Shown here: positions 12,141 through 22,488 of the stretch, piece by piece
How positions within the stretch are numbered: position 1 is the stretch's first letter
Layout: the number at the start of each line of letters is the position of its first letter
Assembly: GCA_963663405.2 (NCBI GenBank)
Contig: CAXXSM010000149.1
Coordinates: 128,936-192,935, forward strand
DNA length: 64,000 nucleotides
Direction: 5' to 3'
Origin: a bacterium
GTDB taxonomy: Bacteria; Hinthialibacterota; Hinthialibacteria; Hinthialibacterales; Hinthialibacteraceae
Position numbers and translations under genes: made by a program
The notes under the pieces: model-generated
Database searches by the model: none
What the model was told of the DNA's origin: nothing
The model's input: the letters and a program-made list of their open reading frames with translations, nothing else

Positions 12141-13346
12141 ATGGGATCAGAGAGTTACAATCCACAAGCGAATGTAGAAAGCGTTCTCGCGGAACGCGCG
12201 TTTCTGGTGAATGTTCGCTTCCCTGAGCAAGATGAAAGCGATAGCAACGCCGTGAAGGAAGAGATGACCCGTCTGGCGGAAACCGCCGGATTAACTACGT
12301 CACAATCCGTCACCCAGCATCTGAAGAAGATCAATCCCAAGACGTTGATAGGAAAAGGGAAGGTGGAGGAAATCGCCGAACGAATCCGTATGGGACCCGA
12401 AATCGACGCGTTTCAGCGTGGAGAACAGAATCGGGGGATCGATATCGTCGTGTTCAACTGCGATCTCTCACCCGTTCATCAACGCAATCTGGAAAAATCG
12501 TTGGGACGGCGTGTGATTGATCGTTCAGAGTTGATCCTTGATATTTTCGCGCAACACGCGGAAACGCGGGATGGGAAGATCCAAGTTGAATTGGCCCAAT
12601 TACAATACTTGAAGCCGCGATTAACGGGCCGGGGTGTGACACTCTCGCGCCTTGGTGGTGGAATCGGCACACGGGGGCCGGGGGAAACGAAACTGGAAAT
12701 CGACCGGCGTAAAATTGACGGCCGCATTCGAAAATTGAAAAATGAGTATGATAAACGGCGGGCGGTGGGCCGCATCCAGCGTCAGGGGCGAAAACGAAAT
12801 GGCGCCGTCTCTATGGCGCTGGTCGGATATACGAACGCGGGGAAATCGACCATTCTGAACCGGTTGACGAAATCGCAGTTGGTTGTGAAAGATCAGCTGT
12901 TCTGCACATTGGACACAACGACCCGGCGGCTCTATCTGCCGGATGGAACGCGTGTGCTGCTCTCGGACACGGTTGGATTCATCGAAAACCTGCCGCCTTC
13001 TCTGCTGGGCGCGTTCCGTGCGACGCTGGCGGAAGTGGAGGAAGCGGACGCGTTGATTCATGTGCTGGACGCGTCCAGTGAAGACGCGGAACGGCAGATT
13101 GAAGCCGTGATGGAAACCCTCGACGATTTAAAAGCGTTGAATAAACCAACACTCACTCTCTTGAACAAACGCGACGCGGTCAAAGATCCGGTCCAACTGC
13201 GCCGCTTGGAACGGATGTGTGAGCCCGCTCTTTCGTTTTCCGCCTTGTATGAAGACGATCTCGATGTTTTTTTCGATGCTTTGATACAACTGGCGGAAGA
13301 AACGCGCAATCAACCTACTGTGAAAGAAGAATTCGTTTCAATTTAA
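12141..13346 (+). CDS. hflX: GTPase HflX
   Basis: LILDIFA, GGIGTRGPGETKLE, GYTNAGKS, DQLFCTLD, DTVGFI, NKRD. Confidence 0.97.
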   Translation: MGSESYNPQANVESVLAERAFLVNVRFPEQDESDSNAVKEEMTRLAETAGLTTSQSVTQHLKKINPKTLIGKGKVEEIAERIRMGPEIDAFQRGEQNRGIDIVVFNCDLSPVHQRNLEKSLGRRVIDRSELILDIFAQHAETRDGKIQVELAQLQYLKPRLTGRGVTLSRLGGGIGTRGPGETKLEIDRRKIDGRIRKLKNEYDKRRAVGRIQRQGRKRNGAVSMALVGYTNAGKSTILNRLTKSQLVVKDQLFCTLDTTTRRLYLPDGTRVLLSDTVGFIENLPPSLLGAFRATLAEVEEADALIHVLDASSEDAERQIEAVMETLDDLKALNKPTLTLLNKRDAVKDPVQLRRLERMCEPALSFSALYEDDLDVFFDALIQLAEETRNQPTVKEEFVSI

Positions 13347-13388
13347 ACACCCACTGATTTGGATACGAAGGAATATGAGTGACTCCCT

Positions 13389-14087
13389 ATGCGCATTGAA
13401 GTCATTATTCCCGCGTTGAATGAAGAGCGCTCCATTGAACGGGTGATTCAAGCGATTCCAACAGACATAGTGGAACGAGTGATCGCTGTTGACAACGGAT
13501 CCACCGACGCGACGGCGGAACGGGCGCGGAACGCGGGCGCTGTGGTGATTTCTGAACCGGAACGTGGATATGGGAGCGCTTGTCTGCGGGGTGTCGAGGA
13601 AGCCCGGCGGGCGGATATTCTCGTATTTCTCGACGCGGATTCTAGCGACGATCCAAGGGAATTGCCTCTTCTAGTTGATCCCATTCAGAATGAGGAAGCG
13701 GAATTTGTTGTTGGCTCTCGTGTTCGGGGAAACCGGGAACTAGGAGCGATGCCTATTCATGCGCTCTTTGGGAATCGATTGGCTTGTTTTCTGATCTGGA
13801 TTCTCTTTGGAAAACGATTCACCGACCTGGGTCCGTTTCGCGCTATCCGCCGTGACACGTTTGATCGTCTCGCTATGCAAGACCGGACCTATGGATGGAC
13901 GGTGGAAATGCAGGCGAAGGTCGCGATTCTAGGGATATCCAGCTGCGAAATACCCGTTTCGTACCGCAAGCGAGTAGGGCGTTCTAAGATTTCTGGCACA
14001 GTATGGGGGAGTGTGAATGCGGGTTTGATGATTCTGTGGACGATATTCAAACTGTGGTTACAGAGGAATCGAATTCGGTATAGGTAG
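13389..14087 (+). CDS. Glycosyltransferase family 2
   Basis: IIPALNEE, VDNGSTD, GYGSAC, FLDAD, DLGPFRAI. Confidence 0.92.
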   Translation: MRIEVIIPALNEERSIERVIQAIPTDIVERVIAVDNGSTDATAERARNAGAVVISEPERGYGSACLRGVEEARRADILVFLDADSSDDPRELPLLVDPIQNEEAEFVVGSRVRGNRELGAMPIHALFGNRLACFLIWILFGKRFTDLGPFRAIRRDTFDRLAMQDRTYGWTVEMQAKVAILGISSCEIPVSYRKRVGRSKISGTVWGSVNAGLMILWTIFKLWLQRNRIRYR

Positions 14088-14177
14088 AGATTTATACAAT
14101 TAAGGTAGGAATGAGTTTGGGGATGCGGTATAAAGGGATTAAATACGTCTATAACACAAGTTCGGAGGTATAAAACA

Positions 14178-15533
14178 ATGCGTTTGATTTGGGCTGAAAT
14201 TTCTTTATTCGTTCTGTTTTTCAGTTTATTTTGCGTAGTGGATGGATTATCCATTCATGAAACGTCGGCGTTTGAGGTGGGTGTGGCTAAAGTTGATATC
14301 ACGCCACCGTTGGGGATGCCGATGCGCGGATACGCCGCGCGGAAAGAACCCTCGAATGGAATCTGGGATCCGCTGATTGCGAAAGCGCTTCTCATGGATG
14401 ATGGAAAAATCCGGGTAATTCTATTCGCCTTCGATCTAATCGCTCCCCCTCCAAAAGAGATCTGTGACCGGATTCGCGAAACAGCGCGGGAGCGATATGG
14501 TGTTTCCGCCATTTTCTTCGCCGCCAGTCATACGCATTCCGGCCCCAGTCTAAAACCAGGATTGCCGAAGGCGGACGCGCCTTGGCTGGATGAATTGGAA
14601 AGGAAACTGATTACAATCGCAGGGCAGGCGTTCTCTTCGAAAACGCCTGCCGTTATGGAGGTTGGATATGGCAAGTCGGATATCTCATTCGATCGCCGTG
14701 TCGTGAATCCAGACGGAAGCGTGACTATGAAATGGAGAAACGCCGAACGGACTCCGACCGCTCCAATCGATCAGACTGTCGGTGTTGTAGGATTCAAAGA
14801 TGGGGAAGGGAGTCGGATTGCGACGCTGGTTCATTTCGCTTGCCATCCAGTGATCATGGGTGGGAAGAATTTGAAATACAGCGCGGATTTTCCCGGCGCG
14901 ATGCGGGCGTACGTCGAAGAACGGCTGGGAGGTGAATGTCTATTTTTACAGGGCGCTTGTGGGAACGCCAATCCCTATCCACCTACAGAACCGGATGAAG
15001 CGGGATACGCGGCGTTGAAGCAGGAAGGAATTGCACTCGCGAAAGAAGTGATCCGTATCTCTTCATTTATGAATCCCATCCTGGAAGAATCGCTTACTCT
15101 AACAACGCATTCCTTCAAAACCCAATTTGATTACCGGTTTGATTTTAAGGATGAAAAAGTTAAAGAGTATTATGTCTCGCGATATGGACAGGAATATTTT
15201 GATGAGTTTTATTCGAAACTTCCACCCGTTCTCACGATCGAAACACCGATGCTGCTCGTTGGGAACTCCGTCGCATGGGTCGGATTTCCGGGAGAATTCT
15301 TTAATGATTTTCAAGTGGAATTACATAAACGTTCCCCAATTCCTAATACCTTTTTCCTGGGATATTGCGACGAACTGCACTCCTACTTTCCGACGATCCA
15401 AGCGGCCGCAGAAGGAGGGTATGGAGCGAGTTATGCGACGTATGTGGAAGTGGGCGCTGGGGAGCGATTAGTTGACAAAGCGGTGGTGAGTCTGCATACA
15501 CTAGCAGGGAATTTGCAGGCGCTCCCACGATGA
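14178..15533 (+). CDS. Neutral/alkaline ceramidase-like N-terminal domain protein
   Basis: GVAKVDITPP, ASHTHSGP, HFACHP, SADFPG, QGACGN, GFPGEFF. Confidence 0.8.
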   Translation: MRLIWAEISLFVLFFSLFCVVDGLSIHETSAFEVGVAKVDITPPLGMPMRGYAARKEPSNGIWDPLIAKALLMDDGKIRVILFAFDLIAPPPKEICDRIRETARERYGVSAIFFAASHTHSGPSLKPGLPKADAPWLDELERKLITIAGQAFSSKTPAVMEVGYGKSDISFDRRVVNPDGSVTMKWRNAERTPTAPIDQTVGVVGFKDGEGSRIATLVHFACHPVIMGGKNLKYSADFPGAMRAYVEERLGGECLFLQGACGNANPYPPTEPDEAGYAALKQEGIALAKEVIRISSFMNPILEESLTLTTHSFKTQFDYRFDFKDEKVKEYYVSRYGQEYFDEFYSKLPPVLTIETPMLLVGNSVAWVGFPGEFFNDFQVELHKRSPIPNTFFLGYCDELHSYFPTIQAAAEGGYGASYATYVEVGAGERLVDKAVVSLHTLAGNLQALPR

Positions 15534-15609
15534 GGGGAGATTAACGCTTTGTGATTGATCTAACAGGATTGGTGTAGGTTATCGTATCCGGTTCTATAAT
15601 GTTAATCTG

Positions 15610-15915
15610 TTAAAAAGAGTCAATATCATCAAATTCATGACTCACCCGCCGTTCTCGAGTCTCTTTTTTTTTGACGACACGCTCTCCTTTTTGCCATTCT
15701 TCGGACCATAAATAGGCTTGATCTGGATCAATCAAGCCAGCCTTGACCGCGGCTTCAATTTCCTTTCGGGATAACCCCCTGGAGTTCATGAGATCCTCAT
15801 TCATGAGTTCCATTTTCTTTTTTACCCGTTCGAGGGCTTTTTTTTCTGAGGCTGTTAGTTTTACGACCGGTTTTTCTTCGCTGGATTGATTGTGATTGAT
15901 TCTGGTTGATGTCAT
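15610..15915 (-). CDS. Small antitoxin-like protein (AbrB/MazE-associated DPDQAxxWxEEWQxGER motif), possibly degenerate
   Basis: IDPDQAYLWSEEWQKGER motif; no toxin ORF adjacent. Confidence 0.5.
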   Translation of the reverse strand: MTSTRINHNQSSEEKPVVKLTASEKKALERVKKKMELMNEDLMNSRGLSRKEIEAAVKAGLIDPDQAYLWSEEWQKGERVVKKKETRERRVSHEFDDIDSF

Positions 15916-16164
15916 GACGCTTCTCTTTTGATACGGTAGTTACCAAGGTCCTGTAAGACGAAACTTACCAAATATATTGTGCAAAGCATGATACTCAATA
16001 ACTCTATCAATGGGTAAATATTTTAAGTTTCGGCTTTTACCGTTTCATCCTTTTTGGGAATGATTTGCTATCTTGAATAGCTTAGTTGAGTCAATTTTTT
16101 TTGTCAAATCATTACTAAGAATTATAATGAGATGAACGAGACATTAAATAGTTTTCTCTCATAA

Positions 16165-18066
16165 TTATAAAGAGAGTAGATATTCTTCAAGGTCTGTGAT
16201 CTCTCTTGGGGTAAGGTGGGATGTTTTTCCATGTTCGTCTCGTGGATTGTTTGTTGTAAGAATATCCCGGAGCGTGCCGCTGCGTCCGTCATGCAGGTAG
16301 GGGGCGGTGCGCCAAATTTCAATGAGCGTGGGCGTATCGAAGGCGTTTTGACGGTCCAACTCACCACGCGTTCCGACGTTGTATGAATTCAAGTCAGTGT
16401 ACGCAGGGCCGCTGTGACACGACGCGCATCCCACATCATCGCGATGAAATAGTTCTTTTCCTCTCGCGATCGCTTCCTGATAACAAGCGCTGTTTTGCGT
16501 TGGACTTGGCGCAGCGCGCATTGATTTGAGATAGTCGTCTATCGCAATGGCGTCTTCTTCAGGACGAACCATAAAAAGAATATGCTTAATGCCCGAACGT
16601 ACAGCCATCTCCGCGGTGAGACGGACACCGGTACCCATTGAAGGTGGCGTTTCGTGGGATAGCAAAAGGGATTTTGTGTTTTTCGGATTTCCTACGCCAT
16701 CGTTCAGCAGATCCCAATTCAGCCCATCGGCGCGGCCATCGGGATGGCAGCTGGCGCAGCTCTGCCAGCCTTGAAAACAGAGACCGGCGTCGTTGAAATA
16801 GATTTCTCCCTGACGGATGGAATCGATTTCCTTCTTGGGGCCAAGGGAAATCGTTTCGGGGCGCATTCGTGATCCAGGGCGGATATCCACTACGTTGAGA
16901 TCGTCTGAATAATAATTTGTCGTATAGACATTACAGTTGACTACCGCGAGCGCACGTGGCCCCTTACCTGGAAGCCGGACACGTCTTCTGATATCAACAA
17001 GAAACGATAGATCGTTGGGAACGTCCGAAGCCGTCATGGAGGTGGGCGCGTTGCTGTAATCCAGTGGTTGGATCGCACTCGAATCCTTGGGCAATTTATT
17101 CAATTTTGAAATAAGGGCGGACGCGTCGATGACGCTTAACTCATGTGTCCCGGCGTGAGTGACGCAGATCGTTTTTCCATCATTCGCAAACGAGACGCCC
17201 CACGGATTCGCCGCGCCTCGATCGATGTCGTCCACCAAAACAGTATTTAGTAGTGTCTGCGTGGTCAGATCAATGATACTTAACGCGTTGGTATTCATCC
17301 ACCCGCGATCCAGCTGAAACGTAGGCAACTGGTATCGGGCGAGCACATGAGTGACGCACGCGTATTTGCCACAGGGCGCAATGGCGATCTCTCTTACGTT
17401 GACACTGCCATTCGGAAGTGGGATTTCTTTTATCACTCGCAAGGAGAGCGTATCGATGACGGAGACCTTTGCGGAAATGGATAACGCGGTTGAGGGGCCG
17501 TCCGGCAAGTGATTGGCGGCAAGGAGATAGCGTCCACATGGCGTTAACGCCGCGCTCACAGGTTCACGAACAACGGGAATTCGCGTGATTTCCGTTAAGG
17601 TGTTTAAATCAATTACCCCTATGTCATTGTCAAATCGATTGCATGTGTATAATCGCTTTCCATCATTGCTGATTACGGGCGAGCAAACGCCGTTTCCTGC
17701 TTTGAGAGTGTATGCGATGCTCTGTGTGTTTACATCGATGGCCACAATTCGCGGCGCCGGATCTGGGCAGGCGGCGAATAGGATGGATTCATCCGGCGCC
17801 AGGGCCAATCCAGTGGGCTCCGCTGGAAGGGGAATGGAACTGATAACTTTGTGAGCGCCGGGGTGGATCAAAGAGATTCGCTGAGCGGTTTTTTCCGCAA
17901 CGTAGAGTATCTTTCCATCAGCGGAAGCGAGTATGTCAATAGGGGAACGGTAAACAGGGGCCGTTTCAGAAACGGCCGACACAACTGATAATCCGGCGAG
18001 GGTGAGCGCGCATAGGATGAATTTTTTCATTGGTTTCCTTTTTTTATAATTTAGTGTTTTCAACAT
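16165..18066 (-). CDS. YVTN-type beta-propeller fused to di-heme cytochrome c (CCP/MauG-like) domain; start probably 18030
   Basis: Propeller repeats (DGKxLYV..); two CASCH heme motifs; TPTL..TAPYLHDG. Confidence 0.85.
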   Translation of the reverse strand: MLKTLNYKKRKPMKKFILCALTLAGLSVVSAVSETAPVYRSPIDILASADGKILYVAEKTAQRISLIHPGAHKVISSIPLPAEPTGLALAPDESILFAACPDPAPRIVAIDVNTQSIAYTLKAGNGVCSPVISNDGKRLYTCNRFDNDIGVIDLNTLTEITRIPVVREPVSAALTPCGRYLLAANHLPDGPSTALSISAKVSVIDTLSLRVIKEIPLPNGSVNVREIAIAPCGKYACVTHVLARYQLPTFQLDRGWMNTNALSIIDLTTQTLLNTVLVDDIDRGAANPWGVSFANDGKTICVTHAGTHELSVIDASALISKLNKLPKDSSAIQPLDYSNAPTSMTASDVPNDLSFLVDIRRRVRLPGKGPRALAVVNCNVYTTNYYSDDLNVVDIRPGSRMRPETISLGPKKEIDSIRQGEIYFNDAGLCFQGWQSCASCHPDGRADGLNWDLLNDGVGNPKNTKSLLLSHETPPSMGTGVRLTAEMAVRSGIKHILFMVRPEEDAIAIDDYLKSMRAAPSPTQNSACYQEAIARGKELFHRDDVGCASCHSGPAYTDLNSYNVGTRGELDRQNAFDTPTLIEIWRTAPYLHDGRSGTLRDILTTNNPRDEHGKTSHLTPREITDLEEYLLSL

Positions 18067-18075
18067 TGTTTTTGG

Positions 18076-18137
18076 GATATTACAAAGGCATTAAAAATCA
18101 ATACGCGGCGCAAGACCTGTGCTTGCCCTTGTCACTC
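18076..18137 (+). repeat. REP-like hairpin (family A), long variant
   Basis: CGGCGCAAG..CTTGCCCTTGTCACTC resembles the copy at 49585-49650. Confidence 0.5.
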
Positions 18138-18150
18138 ATTCGTGATCACA

Positions 18151-20760
18151 TTAATTGATTGTCGAATCGGATTTCTGGAGATTTTTTCGCACTTTTTCTT
18201 CGCGTTCCATTTGCATGGCGTATTTTTCTTCTTTTTCCTTATCGCATTCGAGAAGTTGGGCGCCGGGCATATCCATTCGCGGTTTCTGCGCTAACATTTT
18301 TTGACCTTCGAGGATGATGGCCAGCGCCTCTTGATAGGCGGTGGGATTTTTCTCCTTTAAATCCGTCAAGCAGGGACTGCATTCCGGGCGGGTGAAACTG
18401 ATTTGTGAGCCCTGTAATTCCGTGCTAATATCGCCTACATTTATCCCTGTCAGTTTTCGCAGTGTATCAATTTGCCAATTATTTAACGGCGAGCGGCCAA
18501 AGACGTTGTCTGGATAGACGCTCGCGTAGGAGCCATAATACGGCGCGTTCATGTCAATCCAAGTGACGATGCGGTCCATGCTTTCTCTGTCAAGTTTGAC
18601 TCCATGATGTCTTCGCTGAATAACATCCACAAGCCGGCTGCGGTGTGATCCCCAGGAATACGCGGGCAGCCATTCCGCCGGCCCATCATCGACCGCTTTG
18701 ACCAGGAGTTTTTTGGCTCCGGTTGGATCGGGGAACCAGCGCAAGGCGGATTTTGTCCGTAATTCTAGATAGGATGTATTGAATACAAGACCAAGATCCC
18801 CCGCAAGGTTTAATCTCAGGCCCGCTCGTTTTCCATAATCGTGACATTGGACGCAGTGTTTATCAAAGACGGGCTGTACTTCCGTCAGATAGTTAAAATC
18901 CCTTGGGAAGCCGTACCATGAATTGAGCGTACTGGGCGGGCGTTGTGTGGCGAGGGGGGGCGCTTTAGGGGTGATCGTTGTCAGACGATTTTCATGACAG
19001 CCAACGCAGCCAAGTGTTTCTCCCGGCAGCGCGATTGTCCCGCTGCGCATGCTTTGAATCATCATTCCATTCTCATCCAATAATTGAAAGAAAACGAATT
19101 TATCAGCGGGTACGGAAAAATACGCGGAACCGTCTTTCTCGATGGGGACGGTTCCAAGTATACGTTTGTTATTCGTGCAATTGAAATTCATCGCGGGCGC
19201 TTGGGTTGCGTCCAGATTCCAATTTGTTTGGGTCCAGAACTTTTTAACCGGCGCTTCCACAACGCGAAGCGATTTAACCGCGCCGCGTTTGACCGACTCC
19301 ATACCGGTTCCCGTGTACACATCCGTAACGTAAAAGAAACCTTCTTTTTTTGCATAGTCCGTATGGGATGGCAACACCGGCGGACGGGGGCTTGGGATGA
19401 TCGGCATTGGATCGTAACAGCCGGGGTCTTCCGTATGCAGGAGAATTTCATTCCCGAATACATCGAGCAGATAAATCCCCATCGTTTCTCCTTCAACCAT
19501 CCGGGAACAGAGGAAATATTTCTCGGATAGCGGATAGGGATCTTCATACTTGATGGATAATTGCTTGAAATTATCGATTTGACCCCCAGCGGGGTGATTA
19601 CGGCTGGAGCCGTTTCCGTAGTCTTTTTGGTTTGTAATATATTTTTTGATATCGGGTGGCCAACTTCGCTCGATCGGTTCAACGCCATCCAGGCCCTTTC
19701 TACGATCGAGAATCACGATCGCGCCCCAGGGACGGTCGTGGCAGGAACTGAATGTGGCGATTGTCAAATCTGTGTTTGGAATGATCCGCGCGTCCACGAT
19801 CGCGCCGGGCGCCCAGGCGTTGTTGCCATAATAGACGGCGTGGTTTGTTCCATCTGGATTCACTGTCCAGAGACCGAAGGCGGGGCCAAAGTGTTTATCC
19901 ACATATTCCCAACGGTCGTAGAGAATCCGTCCATCAGGCATCAGGCTTGGATGTCCCTCGAAAAGGGAATTGCGTCCAATTTGGCGGATGTGTCCACCTT
20001 CCCGGTCCATCTTGAACAGGTTGCCCATAATATGGCGGTTGCATTGGCAGTATTTCGGTTCACGGGTGGATACGAAGACGATTGAGTCGTCTGGAAGATA
20101 AACGGGATCGATATCCGAAAGTTGTTCGCCGAAGGTCAATTGAGTTAAATTCAAATGATCGAGATCAAGCGAATAGATGTGATAGTCATCATTTATGTTC
20201 CGCCGCATGGAAAAGAGGACTTGATCGCCTTCATAACTGATTTCTGGATCGCGGGCGGCGCCATCCGGAACTTCAAGAAGCGTCCTGATTCCGCCGTTTT
20301 CGCCAAAGTGGATGGTTTTCAGGGCTCCTCCACCCGTGAAACTTCTTGTGTTGATTTCACCGTTCTGGAACATCGTCGCCGTGCTGTGGTGATCCGGGCG
20401 GTATTGATGGCGGACGGTAAAGAGGATCGGTTGATCGCAAACGAGGGGATTCGCAATCAACGCGGCATGGCGCAGGTCATTAAATTCAACGATTGTTTGT
20501 TCTAAAGCGTCTGGCGCCGTGTTACGGACAGTATCTTCTAAGGACGCAAGCTGTTGAAGAAATTGGGCGCCGTTCGGATACTGTTTACCGAAATCATTGG
20601 TTAAATCGAGAATCGCGGATCGGAGGTTTGTCATTTCCTTTTGCAAAGATTCCCGCTTTACTTCATCGCTCTGTTCTTGAGAAACTCCATTAAGAGACGC
20701 GGTTTCCAATCCACAGAATAGTCCGATAAATAAAATCCAGCGCAGCAGAGTTTGATTCAT
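18151..20760 (-). CDS. Hydrazine synthase alpha-subunit-like protein (TolB-like propeller + HZS_alpha middle domain + 2 hemes)
   Basis: DIDPVYLPD, DGRILYDRWEY, LGTVPIEKDGSAYFSVPA..FQLLDENG, CVGCHE, CVQCH. Confidence 0.8.
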   Translation of the reverse strand: MNQTLLRWILFIGLFCGLETASLNGVSQEQSDEVKRESLQKEMTNLRSAILDLTNDFGKQYPNGAQFLQQLASLEDTVRNTAPDALEQTIVEFNDLRHAALIANPLVCDQPILFTVRHQYRPDHHSTATMFQNGEINTRSFTGGGALKTIHFGENGGIRTLLEVPDGAARDPEISYEGDQVLFSMRRNINDDYHIYSLDLDHLNLTQLTFGEQLSDIDPVYLPDDSIVFVSTREPKYCQCNRHIMGNLFKMDREGGHIRQIGRNSLFEGHPSLMPDGRILYDRWEYVDKHFGPAFGLWTVNPDGTNHAVYYGNNAWAPGAIVDARIIPNTDLTIATFSSCHDRPWGAIVILDRRKGLDGVEPIERSWPPDIKKYITNQKDYGNGSSRNHPAGGQIDNFKQLSIKYEDPYPLSEKYFLCSRMVEGETMGIYLLDVFGNEILLHTEDPGCYDPMPIIPSPRPPVLPSHTDYAKKEGFFYVTDVYTGTGMESVKRGAVKSLRVVEAPVKKFWTQTNWNLDATQAPAMNFNCTNNKRILGTVPIEKDGSAYFSVPADKFVFFQLLDENGMMIQSMRSGTIALPGETLGCVGCHENRLTTITPKAPPLATQRPPSTLNSWYGFPRDFNYLTEVQPVFDKHCVQCHDYGKRAGLRLNLAGDLGLVFNTSYLELRTKSALRWFPDPTGAKKLLVKAVDDGPAEWLPAYSWGSHRSRLVDVIQRRHHGVKLDRESMDRIVTWIDMNAPYYGSYASVYPDNVFGRSPLNNWQIDTLRKLTGINVGDISTELQGSQISFTRPECSPCLTDLKEKNPTAYQEALAIILEGQKMLAQKPRMDMPGAQLLECDKEKEEKYAMQMEREEKVRKNLQKSDSTIN

Positions 20761-20863
20761 GCATGACTCCCATGATCGAATTAATGTGAGATTAATTTTA
20801 CATTAGAAGGTAATGGGATGAAGGAGAGTAGAAGGGCAAATGGATGACGTATCAAGTCTTCGA

Positions 20864-21925
20864 TCAGCGTTGTTTCCAGTCAACGTCCGTGTCCTTGGGC
20901 TGAATCGGTCCGATGTATTGATCCGCGACGATAATGTCGTCAAACCAGACTTTACTCGTATGACCGGCGGGGGCTTTCGTGATGTATAGATATGTCCAAA
21001 TATAATTGACAGCTAAATCTTCCACACTGCGCCATTGGAAGCCTTCAAACGCGCTGTCACTGGTGTGATTGGGGCTCCACCATCCGCCCGTCCAGCGCCC
21101 TTTGGGAAATCCTTTTCCTATATGACTGACGATTTGGCCGTTTACACGCCAAAGTTTTCCATTGATCCAGAAAGCCTGTTCACCGTTTGAACTGGTCACT
21201 GGATCGTTGACTTTGACCATCATTTCGACGCAAATCCATTGGCCGCGTTTCACTTCCGGTTTGGCCACGCCGGAGAGAAACGGCGTGCCCCAATAGTTGC
21301 CATCGCCATGCACATGCATGCCTTGCCAGTACGTATAGAAATCCCAATTCCAATCGAGTCCATACGGTTCCACGCCCGTGGTGAAGCGTTTGTCTCCATC
21401 CGGTTTTGTTCCCGCGCCTCCCTGAGGCCAGGGTGTAGAGGGATTGAATCCACCAAGGTGCGTTCCAAAATGATGGATCTGCGCGCAGTCCGGATCAAAT
21501 TTAACATAAAAGCGCGCGAATACCTGTTTGTAACCGGGCAGCAGGCGCCGGTAGAGATGGGAACCCGTCCCCTGGCCGCCGGTATAGGTCATCAAGAGCG
21601 ACTGAGCGCCTGCGCTATCGGCAGGGAGATCTTTGGAGAAGGAAAGGTTCTCTGGATCCTGCACGCTTTCCCAACGATCCCGCAATACGGCAAGTGATTC
21701 TTCTTCGAAGGCCTCGGAAAAGATGACATGAGGATCGCTCTCAATACCGATATCGCTGGGATACTTTGAAGCGAGGCCTAAAGGCCCTTCGGGAAGGTTT
21801 GACTGGCTTTCTTGGGCTTGGGCGGCCATAGGCAATAAAATGACTAAGCCTAGCAGCGCATGAAAAAGAACTATTTTCTGTCTCATATTTCTTTCCTTTC
21901 CAATATCCAATTCATTGTATCTCAT
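20864..21925 (-). CDS. Secreted ConA/polysaccharide-lyase-like protein
   Basis: Signal peptide; FARFYVKF, WICVEMMVKVN..GEQAFWING, VWFDDIIVA..YIGP; C-terminal TDVDWKQR. Confidence 0.6.
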   Translation of the reverse strand: MRYNELDIGKERNMRQKIVLFHALLGLVILLPMAAQAQESQSNLPEGPLGLASKYPSDIGIESDPHVIFSEAFEEESLAVLRDRWESVQDPENLSFSKDLPADSAGAQSLLMTYTGGQGTGSHLYRRLLPGYKQVFARFYVKFDPDCAQIHHFGTHLGGFNPSTPWPQGGAGTKPDGDKRFTTGVEPYGLDWNWDFYTYWQGMHVHGDGNYWGTPFLSGVAKPEVKRGQWICVEMMVKVNDPVTSSNGEQAFWINGKLWRVNGQIVSHIGKGFPKGRWTGGWWSPNHTSDSAFEGFQWRSVEDLAVNYIWTYLYITKAPAGHTSKVWFDDIIVADQYIGPIQPKDTDVDWKQR

Positions 21926-21939
21926 TAGATGGATTGTTT

Positions 21940-22030
21940 TTGTCTGAACCTTGATTTACTTGATTGACTTGATACTTCTGATTTTAAAATCATGGAAATC
22001 CTATAATCTTTAGAATCATGGTTCAGACAA
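21940..22030. repeat. TTGTCTGAA-ended inverted-repeat element (TGAT-periodic variant)
   Basis: TTGTCTGAACCTTGATT ... AATCATGGTTCAGACAA. Confidence 0.75.
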
Positions 22031-22040
22031 TACTCTATTA

Positions 22041-22484
22041 TTATTTAAAATACTTCATCCGCCCGGGTATTTTTTCACAATGAACTATCCTGCTTATCCC
22101 ATAGCCGCCAAAGTATAAAGGGCACATTTCCACTGTTAGTTTATATGTATATTGTCCTTCGCTCTTCATGGCTGAATCGACGAGAGCGTAGTACTCTTTT
22201 CGGCTGATCCAGAACTTTTTTTTCGTACCTGTGTCATCAATAAGAAACGCATGCCGATGGCCATGAAATCTTTCAAAATAATGACGGAAATCGAATTCAG
22301 CGATAATGATATGGTGGAATAATTCACCTTCTATCGTGATTGGATCTCCATCCGGGATTCTATACATGAGCCAAAGGGCCGTCCAAAGACAGCATAGGAT
22401 GCATATATAACCCAGTATTATTTTATATACGAGGGAGAATTTTTTCCGTTTTGGCGTCTCTATATCTTTTTCTTCACTTATCAT
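22041..22484 (-). CDS. Hypothetical single-TM protein (AT-rich)
   Basis: 147-aa ORF starting 4 bp after the DUF1080 gene; one hydrophobic helix. Confidence 0.55.
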   Translation of the reverse strand: MISEEKDIETPKRKKFSLVYKIILGYICILCCLWTALWLMYRIPDGDPITIEGELFHHIIIAEFDFRHYFERFHGHRHAFLIDDTGTKKKFWISRKEYYALVDSAMKSEGQYTYKLTVEMCPLYFGGYGISRIVHCEKIPGRMKYFK

Positions 22485-22488
22485 TGGT

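Noticed and set aside
16165-20760. Claim of true anammox hydrazine synthase
   Set aside because: Only domain architecture is similar, the context is heterotrophic, and no other anammox genes are present.
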